Assembly (NCBI RefSeq): GCF_009914755.1
Contig: NC_060926.1
Reading direction: 5' to 3' (one strand)
Length of the DNA: 64,000 nt
Origin: the human T2T-CHM13v2.0 reference genome, Homo sapiens
A program made the translations under genes and the position numbers. The notes beneath the pieces were generated by a model. It made no database searches, was not told where the DNA came from, and saw nothing but the letters and a program-made list of their open reading frames with translations. The stretch's first letter is position 1. Each line of letters opens with the position of its first letter. Positions 46,101-60,830 of this stretch are shown here, in pieces.

Positions 46101-46960
46101 CCCTCAGCATGGAGGATTTCAGTGAGATTCCCAGGGTAGCTCTTCAGAGACAGGGGCTAGGTTTGGCCACTGAGAGAATCAGCTTAAAGGTATTTTTATG
46201 TGCATTTACTTAAGAACAAAAGTATGAATTACACCAAAGCAGCTTCTGTATGCATCTTGTTGAAGAGGGGAGTAGTTTCCTTGAGGACACGGACCTCGTG
46301 GCTGTCATTGTGTGCACCCAGTGCAGGCCCTCCTGCGCAGCGCTAGGAGCTGCTGAGTAAATGTCAGCTCAGTGAAATTCACACACCTTACCTGGAGCTC
46401 ACAGATGGTTTCTCCAGCTGCTTCCATTTATTGTTTTAATTCTGTGATCTATATATTTTTTCTAGGAAGGGGTGTTTTTCTTTCTGATTTAATTCCCTAC
46501 ATTTTTCTCTTTCATATGAAGTTGCAGATAATGTTTTTCCTTCGGATTTTTATTCTTTAAGATTTTTAACCTGTGCAAGACTTTTTCAATGATACAAGTC
46601 AAGGAGGATGAAGATCTTTTTCCACTTCAGTCTTCACTTTGCTCCAGCTATTGCTAAGAAAGGCACAAACAATGACAGCATATTTAAGGAAGAACCTGGC
46701 CGGCTTGGGTCACCGCTGCTGTCTTTCTTGGTTTTGCGTCTACCTGGGAGAGCCCAGCTTTTAGGTTCCCATTGAGGGAAGCATGAGAGAGGATTGTTTG
46801 GGGGATGCTGCCAGAGCTTCCAGCTGACAGTCTCTGCAGAGCGGCTGCCAAGTGGCCTGGTGGCCGTATGTTGGCAGTTTTTGATGAATTGGGATTAGGG
46901 AATGTTTGTTTACTTGATAACCGAGTGTCTACAAGGAGAGGTGGCAGCGTGAGGGAATAG

Positions 46961-47431
<471 letters not shown>

Positions 47432-48134
47432 GAGTTACTGTTAACTGTTACTGGGGGGGCAGGGGAATGGCTCATTAACATTTTTTTAAATAACATTAAC
47501 ATTTTTAAAATGTTAAAATTTAATTCTGAAAGAATTTTGCTACATTAGCGCTAGTTTTAATTGTGATTTTATTCAATATGTCCCCCAAATGTAAGGAAGA
47601 AATTGGTACATTTTGTTCACAAAAATATCCTCCCCACCTCCCAAAAGCAGTAGAAATGGGAGTGCCATAGCACGGGGGAGATTTGAAAAGAGCCCGGAAG
47701 TTGGGTTTGTTGGAGGAGGAGGATCTGAGCACAGCTCAGCTCCACCTGCTCCAGCAGCGCAGAGTCCACGAGTACAAGCAGGTGTTTGGTCCCCAAGGCC
47801 TCACAGAAGTTCAGGCAGAATTTCATCACTTTCTTTTCCCTTAACCCCCATTTAGGTTTTAAACGCCTGTGTGGTTTTTAAAAGGGTAGAAGTAGCAAGG
47901 AAACAATATATATCTAATGAGGGACATTTTCCTGTGTGATATGTAATGAATGCACTATATGTAGTACTAATTACCTGTTATAATGAAGGCACTGTATAGT
48001 ACCGATTACCTGTTTTAATTTGATCCTAAGGAAGGTCAATGTGCATTTTGAGGCATTATAAAAATATAGTTGATATTACCTGATAACCTTTGAGTTAGCG
48101 AATTTTAATTTCACATCAGTAAGGTACTGTTTTA

Positions 48135-48280
48135 GAGCAGTGCTTCTCCATCTCAGCATGCACAGGAGTCACCCAGCCTCTTGTGGAGGGCAGGCCCTGA
48201 TGCAGCAGGTCTGGGCAGGGCCTGAGACTCTGAAGTTCTAACAAGGGCACAGGTGATAAGACTGCAGCTGGTCAGAATGT
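48135..48280. mobile_element. MER5A-like hAT remnant
   Basis: cagtgcttctcca...gcaggtctgggcagggcctgagactctg...ttctaacaag...caggtgat. Confidence 0.6.
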
Positions 48281-48828
48281 ACCTTTAATCAAGTATTAAT
48301 ATTACTCTTTCAGCTACAGCTGGCCACTATATTTAATAGTATTTCTGAGAAAAAAAATACATATTTTAAGTCTCAATTTGAGATCCCAAGAACACAGTCC
48401 TTCACCCCAAAGAAATGGATCTGATTTTATCTTTTTTCATGTGGCAATCCCCATATCTGAACCATGCTCATTAAAAACTCCATTTTCCATCTAATACCTT
48501 GGAGACACCATCTTTATTGTATACTAAAGAATATATGTATTCCCTTTTTGTAATTTACAGAAAAATCGAGTAGAGAGTTCTATATACCCTCTTTTCTTCT
48601 GCACAGTTTTTAATAACATCTTGCATTTTTATTATTAATAAGTATAAAAATTTTGCATTAGCGTAGAACTTTTATTATAATTGATAAACCAATAGCGGTA
48701 CATTGTTGTTAAAGTACATAGTTTACCTTAGGGCTCACTCTTGGTGTTGTCCCTTCTGTGGGTTTCAACAAATTAATGGCGTTGCGTGTTCATTGTACTG
48801 TCATGCCGAATAGTTTCACTGCCCTGTG

Positions 48829-50670
48829 TATTAATCCCCCCACCACCCCTGGATTAATACCCCCATCACCCCTGGATTAATCTCCCCACTACCCCTGGAT
48901 TAATACCCCATCACCCCTGAATTAATCCCCCCATCACCCCAGGATTAATACCCCATCACCCCAGGATTAATACCCCATCACCCCTGGATTAATCTCCCCA
49001 CCACCCCTGGATTAATCTCCCCACCACCCCTGGATTAATCCCCCCACCACCCCTGGATTAATCCCCCAATCACCCCTGGATTAATCCCCCAATCACCCCT
49101 GGATTAATCCCCCCATCAGCCCTGGATTAATACCCCATCACCCCAGGATTAATACCCCATCACCCCTGAATTAATCCCCCCACCACCCCTGGATTAATCC
49201 CCCAATCACCCCTGGATTAATCCCCCCATCAGCCCTGGATTAATACCCCATCACCCCAGGATTAATACCCCATCACCCCTGAATTAATCCCCCCACCACC
49301 CCTGGATTAATCCCCCAATCACCCCTGGATTAATCCCCCCATCACCCCTGGATTAATGCCCCATCACCCCTGGATTAATCCCCCAATCACCCCTGGATTA
49401 ATCCCCCCATCACCCCTGGATTAATACCCCATCACCCCTGAATTAATCCCCCCACCACCCCTGGATTAATCCCCCAATCACCCCTGGATTAATCCCCCCA
49501 TCACCCCTGGATTAATACCCCATCACCCCTGAATTAATCCCCCCACCACCCCTGGATTAATCCCCCAATCACCCCTGGATTAATCCCCCCATCACCCCTG
49601 GATTAATACCCCATCACCCCTGGATTAATACCCCATCACCCCTGGATTAATCCCCCCACCACCCCTGGATTAATCCCCCAATCACCCCTGGATTAATCCC
49701 CCCATCACCCCAGGATTAATACCCCATCACCCCAGGATTAATCCCCCAATCACCCCTGGATTAATCCCCCCATCACCCCTGGATTAATACCCCATCACCC
49801 CTGGATTAATCCCCCCATCACCCCTGGATTAATCCCCCAATCACCCCTGGATTAATCCCCCCATCACCCCTGGATTAATACCCCATCACCCCTGGATTAA
49901 TCCCCCAATCACCCCTGGATTAATCCCCCCATCACCCCTGGATTAATACCCCATCACCCCTGGATTAATCCCCCCACCACCCCTGGATTAATCCCCCAAT
50001 CACCCCTGGATTAATCCCCCCATCACCCCAGGATTAATACCCCATCACCCCAGGATTAATACCCCATCACCCCTGGATTAATCCCCCCATCACCCCTGGT
50101 TTAATCCCCCAATCACCCCTGGATTAATCCCCCCATCACCCCAGGATTAATACCCCATCACCCCAGGATTAATACCCCATCACCCCTGGATTAATCCCCC
50201 CACCACCCCTGGATTAATCCCCCAATCACCCCTGGATTAATCCCCACCACCCCTGGATTCATCCCCCACCACCCCTGGATTCATCCCCCCATCAGCCCTG
50301 GATTAGTACTTCCACCCCTGGATAAATCCCCCCACCATCCCTGGATTAACCCCCATCACCCCTGGATTAGCCCCCATCACCCCTGGGTTAGCCCCCATCA
50401 CCCCTGGATTAATACTTCCACCCCTGGATTGATCCCCCATCACCCCTGGATTAATCCCCCATCACGCCTGGATTAATACACCCACTACCTCTGGATTAAC
50501 CCCCATCACCCCTGGATTAATACCCCCACCAGCCCTGGATTAATCCCCCGCCACCCCTGGATCAATCCCCCCAATCCCCCTGGGTTAATCCCCACCACCC
50601 GTGGATTGATCCCCCCTCACCCCTGGATTAATCCCCCCATCCCCCTGGGTTAATCCCCCATCACCCCTGG
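48829..50670. repeat. ~1.84-kb minisatellite, 21-23-bp unit CCCCC(A)TCACCCCTGGATTAAT, roughly 80 units
   Basis: Directly visible; homogeneous centre with more diverged ends. Confidence 0.98.
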
Positions 50671-53664
50671 GAGCTTGGAGTCTTTCCATTGTCTCCATAG
50701 TTTCCCCTTTTCCAAAGGTCTTATAGTTGGAATCATACAGTATGTGGTCCTCAGATTGGCTTCGTTCACTTAGGAATGTGCATTTAGGGTTCCGCTGTCT
50801 TTTTCTGCTTGATAGTACGTTTCTTATCTCTGAATAATATTCCATTTTATGTATATACCATAGCTTATTTATCCATTTCTCTGTTGAAGAACATCTTGGT
50901 TGCTTCTGGTTTTTGACAATTATGAATAAAGCTACTATAAACATTCTTTTTCAGGGTTTTGTGTAGATACAAGTTTTATCACCTTTATCAGTTCCAATCC
51001 TTGGGTAAATCTCTAGGACTGTGATTGCTGGATCTTATGGTAAAAGTATTCTTAGCCTTGTAAATATCTGCCAAGCATCTTCCAAAACTTTCATACTATT
51101 TTGCTTTCCTAAGAGCAATCAATGAGAGTTCCTATTGATTCACATCCTCAGCCAGCTTTTGGTATTGTCATTTTTTGGATTTTTCGCTATTCTGATAGGT
51201 GTGTAGTGTTACCTCATTGTTTTAATTTGCAGTTCCCTAATGACATATGATGATGAGCATCTTTTTATATGCTTGTTATTGATAAATCTTTATTGGTGAT
51301 ATGTCTGTTCAGATCTGTTGCCCATTTATTAATTGGGTTGTTTTCTCATTGTCTGTTTTTTGGAGACAGAGTCTCACTTTGTCACCCAGGCTGGAGTCCA
51401 GTGGTGCAGTTATGGCCCACTGCAGCCTCAAGCCCCTGGGCTTAAGCAGCCTTCCCACCTCAACCAATGGAGTAGCTAGGACTGTAGGCACACCTGGCTA
51501 GTTTTTGTATTTTTTGTAGAAACAAAAAAAAGCGATCAGCTCGCCTCAGCCTCCCCGCGTGCTGGGATCCCAGGCATCAGCCACCATACCTGGCCTGTTG
51601 TTGATTTTTAAGAATTCTTCATATATGTTGAATACAAGTTCTTTATCAGATAGGTGTTTTACAGCTATTTTCTTCCTATCTGTGACTTGTCTCTTCATTA
51701 CTTTAATACTACGTTGGACAGAGCATACGTGTTTAATTTTAATGAAGTCCAACTTACTGATTTTTTTCTTTCATGGATGGTGTTTTTGGTGTTGTATCTA
51801 AAAGATTATCAGCAAACCCAGGTCACTCAGATTTTCATCTGTGTTCTGTTCTAGAAGTTGTATAGTTTTTGCACTTTACATGTAGTCTGTTATTGGAGTT
51901 CATTTTGGGGTAAGATGTAAGATCTGTGTCTAGATTCATTTTTTTTTTTTCATGTGGACGTCCAGTTGTCCCAGCACCATTTTTGGAAAAACCTGTCCTT
52001 TCTCCATTGAATTACCTTTATTCCTTTGTCAGAGATCAAACTGACTATATTTGTGAGGACCAATTTCTTGTCTTTCTGCTCTGGGCCACTGATCTATTTG
52101 TCCGTTCTTTTTCTAGGACCACACAGTCACCCAGTCTTTTTTACAGTAGCTTTAGAGTAGCTCTGTAAGGTGGGTAGTGTCAGCCTGCCAGATTTGCTCT
52201 CTTTGATATTGTGTTGGATGTTCTGGGTGTTTTCCTTCTCCATATTAACTTCAGAATCATTTTGTTGATAACCACAAAATAATTTGCTGAGATTTTGATT
52301 GGGGCTGCATCGAATCTGTAGGTCAAGTTGTAAAGAACTGATATTTTAGCAGTATTGTCTTCCTGTCCATGAATGTGGAATATCTCTTGATTTCTTCAGC
52401 TCTGTGAATTTTTTCATCAGAGTTTTATAGTTTTCTTCCTATAGCTCTTGTGCATATTTTGTCCATTTTATACGTGGGTATTTCACTTATTTATGTAGAA
52501 ATGATAGTGTGTTTTTAATTTCAAATTCCCATCATTTATTGCTAGTATCTAGGAAGCCAGTTGACTTTTGCATATTGATCTTGTATCCTGTGACTTTTAA
52601 TCACTTCCTAGTTTAGAAGTGTTTTTGTTCTTTGAGATTGTTCTTTATAATTATGTCATTGCAAACAAGTAGTTTTATTTCCTTCTTCCCAGTCTGTGTA
52701 CCTTTGGTTTTCTTGTCATTGCATTAGCTCGAACTTCCAGTACAATGTTCAGTAGAAGAGATAAGAGGGAACATTGTTGCTTTATTCATGATCTTAGGGG
52801 GAAGTCACTGAGTTTCTCACTCTTAAGTTTGTTGTTAGCTGCAGTTGTTTTGTAGATGTCCTTTATTAAGTTGAGGAAGTTTCCCTCTATTCCTAGTTGG
52901 CTGAGAGTTTTTATCACGAGCTGGTGCTGGATTTTGTTAAATGCTTTTCTACATCTATTGATATGATTTTTGTTCTTTAGCCTGTTTGATGTGGTAGATT
53001 ATGTTAATTGATTTTGGAATGTTAGATCACCCCTGCATACCTGGAATAAATTCTGTCTGGTCATGGTTCATAATTCTTTTTATACATTGTTGGATTTGGT
53101 TGCTAATTTTTTGTTGACTTCAGTTTTCTTAGATTTAGTTTGCTAATTTTGTTGAAGATTTTTGCATTTATGTTCATGAGACATATTGGTCTACAGTTTT
53201 TTTTTCTTGTAACGTCTTTGTCTGGTTTTGGTATTAGGGTAATGCCAGACTCATATAAGAAGTTAGAAAGCGTTCCTCTGCTTCTGTTTTCTGAAAGAGA
53301 TTGTAGAGAACTGGTAGCATTTCTTCCATAAATGTTAGGTGGAATTCACAGTGAGACCATCTGGGTCTGGGGCTTGCTTTTTGGAAAGGTTTTTCTTTTT
53401 CTATCCAAGTTACCAAATGTATGGACATAGAGCTGTTCATAATATTCCTTTACTATTCTTTTACTGTTCATAGGATCCATAGTAATAGTCCTTCACTTCT
53501 AGTACTAGTTGTTTATGTCTTCTCTGTTTTTTGACTAGCCTGGGGAGAGACTTATTGGTCTTGTCAGAGTTTTATTGGTCTTGTCAAAGAATATGTTTTT
53601 GGTTTGGTTGATTTTGTCTATTGATTTCCTGTTTTCAGTTTCACTGATTTCTGCTCTAATTTTT

Positions 53665-53772
53665 ATTATTATATTTTTATTATTTTCTTATTATAATACA
53701 ATAATATTTTTATTATTTTCTTATAATAAAATATTTTATTTTCTTATAATAAAATAATATTTTTATTATTTT
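53665..53772. repeat. AT-rich low-complexity tandem repeat
   Basis: Repeated tttttattattttcttataataaaataata-type units. Confidence 0.75.
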
Positions 53773-54108
53773 CTTCTCTACTGCTTACTTTAGGCTTATA
53801 TTGCTCTTTCTTTCCTTCTAGTTTTCAAAGGTGAAGCTGGTTTCAGATCTTTCTTTTCCAATATATGCATTTAATGCTAAAAAGCTTCCTCTCAGCACTG
53901 CTTTTGCTGCATCCCACAAATTTTGATAAGTTGTATTTTTATTTTCACTTAGTTCAAAATATTTTCACATGTGCTTTTACATCCAGAAGCACCCCCATGT
54001 CCATGGGCAGTTGTCAGGATAAGGGGCAGCTAACTTTCTGCCACCTTCTCAGGTGAAGTGGCAGGAGTCACACAGCCTGTTTTCTCACCATCCACCAAAC
54101 TGTATTCC

Positions 54109-54264
54109 AGATCGGAGTATTAACAGCTAGTCTATAAATTGAGATCGGAGTATTAACAGCTAGTCTGTACGTTGAGATCGGAGTATTAACAGCTAGTCTG
54201 TACGTTGAGATCGGAGTATTAACAGCTAGTCTGTAAACTGAGATCGGAGTATTAACAGCTAGTC
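54109..54264 (+). repeat. 33-bp minisatellite, about 4.7 copies
   Basis: atcggagtattaacagctagtc recurs at 54111, 54144, 54177, 54210 and 54243. Confidence 0.95.
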
Positions 54265-55777
54265 CCAAGTTGGGTTTGAGAACTTCCAGTAGAGGTTTGT
54301 TTCTGTGCTTATCTTATAGAGCTTGAAGGGTTCTTGAGATATTCTCTCCCTTGTGGTAAGTGATAAACCACACAGGAGTGATTCTGGCCCCTTCTCTACT
54401 TGAGACAGAAGGATGGAAGTGACGTGGCTTACATATAACTTACCATGTTGGGCCGGTTCCACAGTGACATGACTTACATATGACTTAATTGTAGGCCAGT
54501 CCCCTGTGTCATTATGCGGATGGTCTAGAAATGTTTATTTCTAGAAAACCGAAGTGACTCAGGCTGTAACTTAAGCTCGGCCAGATATTCTCTTGAGATA
54601 CAGAAATTATTTAGTGGCATCAAAAAAGAAAGTTTAAACATTTTAAGTTCAATAATTGTTACCTTTCTTTTCTCCAGGCTTATAATCACAATAGAACTGT
54701 TTTCCATAGTGTTCCTTAATTTTGACTGTCTTCTTTTTGGACCTTTGTTATTAAAGACCATAAACATAAAGCTCATTTCAGTGTGGTCACGGCCCATTCT
54801 CAGTAATGGTTAATGAATAGACAGATGGATGCATTGAGGCACAGATACATTAAGTGGCTTGCAGAAGTCATACGCGTGTTTTCTCACCATCTTTCAGACT
54901 ATATTCCAGATCCGAATATTCATCGCTTAGGCCTATTTTGAAAAGCACTTTACTGAATCTATGTGATTGCCCTCTGGCATTTCTCTATTCTTTATCTCAT
55001 TTATAATCAGTGCACGCTATTTGATTTTTTGATGATTGTTATCTACTTAGTATACATACTACAGATCAAATTCCAAATCCTATTAGAAGAGAACACAATA
55101 TTAACAAAAAGTTGACCTTACCCTGAGAGATGATGCAGCCACAGGTGATACGATATAAAGGGGGTTTCTCCTGAGCTTCTTCCTCTTCTTAGCGCACGCA
55201 AAGCCAGGCAGCTCTGGGTGATGGATTTTTCAAGTCCAGCTCCCTTGCCTCCTGTCAGAGGTGGAACGCAGGCTCCAGGGCCACATGGAATCCAGTGGGA
55301 GGCCCATCCCCAGGGCCGAGGCCTGAGACGCACCTGTGCTCAGTTTCGCCTCCTCCCCACTGGTTTTCCCGGGAGCACTTCCGGAACCACTGGCTGGCTT
55401 ACGGCTTCTCCCTTCAGGGTCTCCTTCTGGGGAACCCAAGCTAAGCAACCTACCATTCGAGCTTGCTAAACTAAAGAAATATTAAAGAATATCTGAGCAT
55501 TCTGGTTTTTCTTTTATTGGAGGAGGGGTTGGCGGTCTCTACTGTTTCATTCATTTTGGGATCATTTCTAAATGATTGCAGTGTAGCTTTGGAAATTGTG
55601 GTGTCATCCACCTGTCTCCTCTGATAATTGTCGAGACATACATACATAGAGCTCCATAGAGAAAACCAGCATGTATTTTATAGTTGACACCGTTAAATAC
55701 TTCACAAGAAATAAAGGGATCTGTCATCACTTCTGCTGGGACATCTGCGACGCCTCCTTCAAGTGTGCCAAGTATGA

Positions 55778-56098
<321 letters not shown>

Positions 56099-57257
56099 TA
56101 GTCGTGTCTCTTGCTGAAATCTTTTTTAGGGATGGTAAGAGTTTCTAGCAGAGCTTGAGTCCTGTAATTCTTACTGCCTGGTACTATGGGAAGCTGAAAG
56201 GCAGAGACATCTTTCTTGCCAAGGCTGCCAGCTGAAGCTTCAAGGTCAGTGTGCCAGACCACCCCTGTGTCCCACAAGTGCCCACACGCACCTGCCACGT
56301 GCAGACAGAGGTACCGGAGCAGTACTGAAAGCAATCATGGTTTAAGCTTTCAAATCCAAGTAAGTGCTTCTGCATTATGGCAACTGTCACTCATGATCCT
56401 GACTGCAAAGGCAGAGTCGGAGTGTTTTCGGACTCATTCTTGGTTGTGAAGTCACAGTTAATGTGGGAGCCACCAAAGTGGCACGTTATTACACTAACTG
56501 ACATTGGGAAGAAATGTGGGACTCAGAGACTTTGCTGTCTACAGGTTGTTATAGAGTATTCATCTCAGATTAGGAATGATCCTGCCTTTCTACCCACGTC
56601 ACAGTGTTCCTGTATAGGTTCAGTGACATAAGGTATGCGGAAGTACTTTGAAAACTACAACAACAAGCAGTTATTAGGAGCAGCAGCATATTATAATTTT
56701 TGGGAAAACTAAGATTCTTCTTGTCAGATTCCTCCTTTCACTTCCTAACTGTTGTGGTAGAAGTTTTGCGGAGTTCCAAGATGATGGTGTTAACAGTGTT
56801 CCTAGTAAGGAAGGAAGGGGCCCTCTTTATCCTTATCTGTGGAGAAAAAACAGGCGTTTCTAGGCCCCTTGTTGTCCTGGGCTTTGTACCCACTTCCATT
56901 TTTTTATTACCATAACTTAAAAGATAAAAAGAAAAATTGTTTGCTTTCTGTACTATATCAGTTGATGGAGAATCATGTTACCAACTTTTTTACATTTCAA
57001 CACTTTTCTTGAATCTTAAAACGGGGTTTAATTTTATTTACAGAAATCGGAAGCACATAACTTGAAATTGAGAAGTTCTAAATCAGTGACTTTCTAAACT
57101 ATACGAATTTTTCATTATCCTCCATGTCACATTGTAGGAAATCTTTATAGTATTTGAGAGAGAAAATTCTGGGCCATAGGGTGATTTGTGGATGGAAAAG
57201 CCAAGTTAGTTGAAGTAGTTTTGCAAGTCAGCTTTCCTGGTCCTGAAGTATGTCCTA

Positions 57258-57790
<533 letters not shown>

Positions 57791-59012
57791 GGCTTCATCA
57801 CTATAACATGTCCCGTTTGAAGACAGAAGGACCGAGAGTCCTCTCTTCCACCCTGCACCAGCATTTCTGCTCCAAGAAAGGACAGTGCTGTCCGGGGTCA
57901 ACTGACATCTGCTCAGAAGACCCCTGTGCTGAATGGGGCCCTGCCCCTTCCCCCTGACTGATGCCTGGAGATGGGCTCGAGCCTGTGCTCTGCTGGGCTG
58001 GGCCCTCCTGAGACTCTTGAGGGGGCTTCCAAGCAACAGCAGTTGACAGCTAAGCATCGTAGGGTTGGGGAGAAACGAGAAGGGTTAGTGCAGTCACATC
58101 CTAGGAACGTTTCTCTCAGGCTGACTGGGCGTGGGGCCACCGTCAGTGAGAGAGCCACTCATGCTTCTCGTTCCCTCCGCTGGTCTACAGTTCCACCTGC
58201 CTCTCATCTTGTGAATACATAACCGCACTTCAGGTATCTCTCATGTTTAAAGATACATATCTTTTCCATGGCATGATCCAAATCTAAGCCAACACTCCTT
58301 ATGGTACTTAAATGAGGAAATCGCAATTCGTTCTAATCCTGGAAGAAAAACAAGCAGTTGGATTTATGAAAAGGTGTGTGTTGGTCTTCACCTTAAAGGA
58401 TTTTCACCGTTAATTTCAATATGTAATTACTATGTGTTCCTTTATGTGCTGACTTAAAATTTGACACCCTCTTGAGAGAGAGAGCTGCACTGTGGCACAG
58501 CTGGTGGATGCCTGGACCAAGAGGGAAAGACCCAGGGCATGACCATATAGTCAGCCTTGCCTGTCCGCCACCTTTGGCAGGAGAAGAAGCACCGTCGCCA
58601 ACTTCCTCGCTCACTTCCTTGCACGTTAGGGGCTCATGGCCGCATGTGGGCATTCTTGACCTTTCTGCGGCTGGTTCAGTGTTGAACTGAAGCAGTTTTT
58701 ATCTGGATGTGAACAGTGGGCACTGCGGGGACATGGAGCAATGCGTCTCCACGCTGTCCAGAACAGCTCTATCTGAGCTTGTTCATTTGTTCATGCAGCA
58801 AATGCCCTTTCAGCACCTACTGAGTACTGCACACTGGCAGTTCGGGACTCAACAGAACGCAGCCTCGCCCTCAGTGAGTTTACAGTTTGGTAGACGATGC
58901 TTGTTTCACCTGTTCCTTTTAGGTTTGCAGCCATCACCAATACATCATGATCCTCCAGAATTTAAAAAGGGACAGTTTGTGTTCATGCTAGAATTTCTTT
59001 ACTCAAGAAGTG

Positions 59013-59740
59013 TGTATTAGTCCATCTGGCTTTGCCATAAAGGAATACCCGAGGGTGAGTCATTTATAAAGAAAAGGTTTATTTTGGCTCACAGTCCTGC
59101 AGGCTGTACAAGAAGCACAGTGTCAGCATCTGCTTCCAGTGAGGCCTCAGGAAGCTTTTTTTTTTTTTCTTGAAGCGGAGTCTCGTTCTGTCACCCAGGC
59201 TGGAGTGCAGTGGCGCTATTGGCTCACTGCAACCTCCACCTCCCAGGTTCAAGCGATTCTCCTGCCTTGCCTCCTGAGTAGCTAGGATTACAGGCGCCCA
59301 TCACCACACCTGGCTAATTTTTCTATTTTTAGTAGAGACAGGGCTTCACCATGGTGGCCAGGCTAGCCTCAAACTCCTGACCTCAAATGATCCACCCGCC
59401 TTGGCCTCCCACAGTACTGGGATTACAGGCATGAGCCACTGCGCCTGGCCAGGAAGCTTTTAATCATAGTAGAAAGCAAAGGGGAAGCAAGTGTGTCACA
59501 TGGTGAGAAAGACAGCGAGAGAGAAGAGGAGGAGGAGGGAGGCACCAGACTTTTTTTGACAATCAGATCCCAAGGTAACTAACAGAGCCAGAACTCATTC
59601 ATTGCCATAGGGACGGTACCAAGCCACCCATGAGGGATCCACCCCCAGGACACAAACACCCCCCACCAGGCCCCACCTCCAACACTGGAGCTCACATTTC
59701 AACATGAGATTTGGAGGGGATGAATGTCCAAACTATATCA
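59013..59740 (-). mobile_element. MST (MaLR) LTR containing an antisense AluS (about 59157-59450)
   Basis: tgtattagtcc...ccataaaggaatacc...aacatgagatttggagggg...ccaaactatatca. Alu TSD aggaagctttt; LTR flanks aagtg/tagtg. Confidence 0.85.
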
Positions 59741-60631
59741 TAGTGCAAAATCTAAAAATACTAAAAGCCAGCCCACCACTATTCTGCCGGTGTTGATTTG
59801 CTGGATTAAAGTGAACGGCTTGGTGTGGCCTTTGATCCCCTCTGCTCTCCACTGGTGAGTAAAGAGAGAGGTCAGACCAGAGACTCCAGGGTTCTCCAGC
59901 ATGACATTCTGATTTTCCCAGACCTTCACAACTCCAGGAAATCCTCAGGAAGTCTTAAACTAAGGATGTGTTAGTGAGACCTCTCGGTCCGTGGACTGCC
60001 CTTTGCTGCATTGTTTAAAGTATTCACCACACCTGCCCCAAACCACACGCACACACACAGCTCTGCTCAGGACACGTGCTGTGTGTCCCAGCACTGAGGT
60101 GCAGTCACGTGTTAACGCTGCATGGATGTGTGAGGTGCTGAATGCATTATGTTGATTACCCCCTACTAATGCCCACAGCAGCTGCAAGTGATTTTATTAT
60201 CCTCGGTTCCCAGATGAGGAAAGTGGCCTCAGGGAGGTGAAGTGTTCCCCAGACAACTGCAGTGAGGCAGCGATGGAGCCTGGCTGAGCCCCATCACACA
60301 GCTCCAGAAGCCTCACCCTTGAGCACCACTCTGCGGTTCTCTGTGAAATTAGACCATCAGGATTGTGGTTTTTTCCTCCAAATACAGACTTTTCTCTGAT
60401 GCTTTGTAAAGCAGGGGCTCTAAAGTTTGGTCTTAAGCGTCACTTGAACAGTTCCAGAAATTTTAGCAATCTCTACTGCACTTGCTCCTGCCAAAAATTG
60501 CTCTCAGTAGATTCAGGGAACTGTGGACTCTTCCAGTGGGTGAGGAGAGTCAAACAGAGTGAAAAGAAATGAGTCCAGAATGTTAAACATGATTTCCTTT
60601 GGTGCCGTTTTCCATTAGCTCCTCCTCCCGC

Positions 60632-60830
60632 AGGGCGTGGAGAGCAGCCGGTTACTCGAGGGTAGGGCGTCTAGAGCAGCCGGTTACGCGAGGGTAGGGC
60701 GTGGAGAGCAGCCGGTTACGCGAGGGTAGGGCGTGGAGAGCAGCCGGTTACGCGAGGGTAGGGCGTGGAGAGCAGCCGGTTACGCGAGGGTAGGGCGTGG
60801 AGAGCAGCCGGTTACGCGGTTACACGAGGG
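60632..60830 (+). repeat. 32-bp CpG-rich minisatellite, about 6 copies
   Basis: agggcgtggagagcagccggttacgcgagggt at 60632, 60664, 60696, 60728, 60760 and 60792. Confidence 0.96.

Larger units (their letters stand above)
48540..53970 (-). mobile_element. Long antisense L1MC-type element interrupted by the VNTR and a degraded AluJ (about 51355-51596)
   Basis: T-rich antisense L1 3' UTR and ORF2 (gaatcatacagtatgtgg; ttattaagttgaggaagtttccctctattcctagt; tggttttggtattagggtaatgc). Confidence 0.85.

Noticed and set aside
48829-50670. CRISPR-like appearance (short partly palindromic repeats)
   Set aside because: Head-to-tail units with no unique spacers, no cas genes, and a human intronic context. 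The same applies to the 33-bp and 32-bp arrays.
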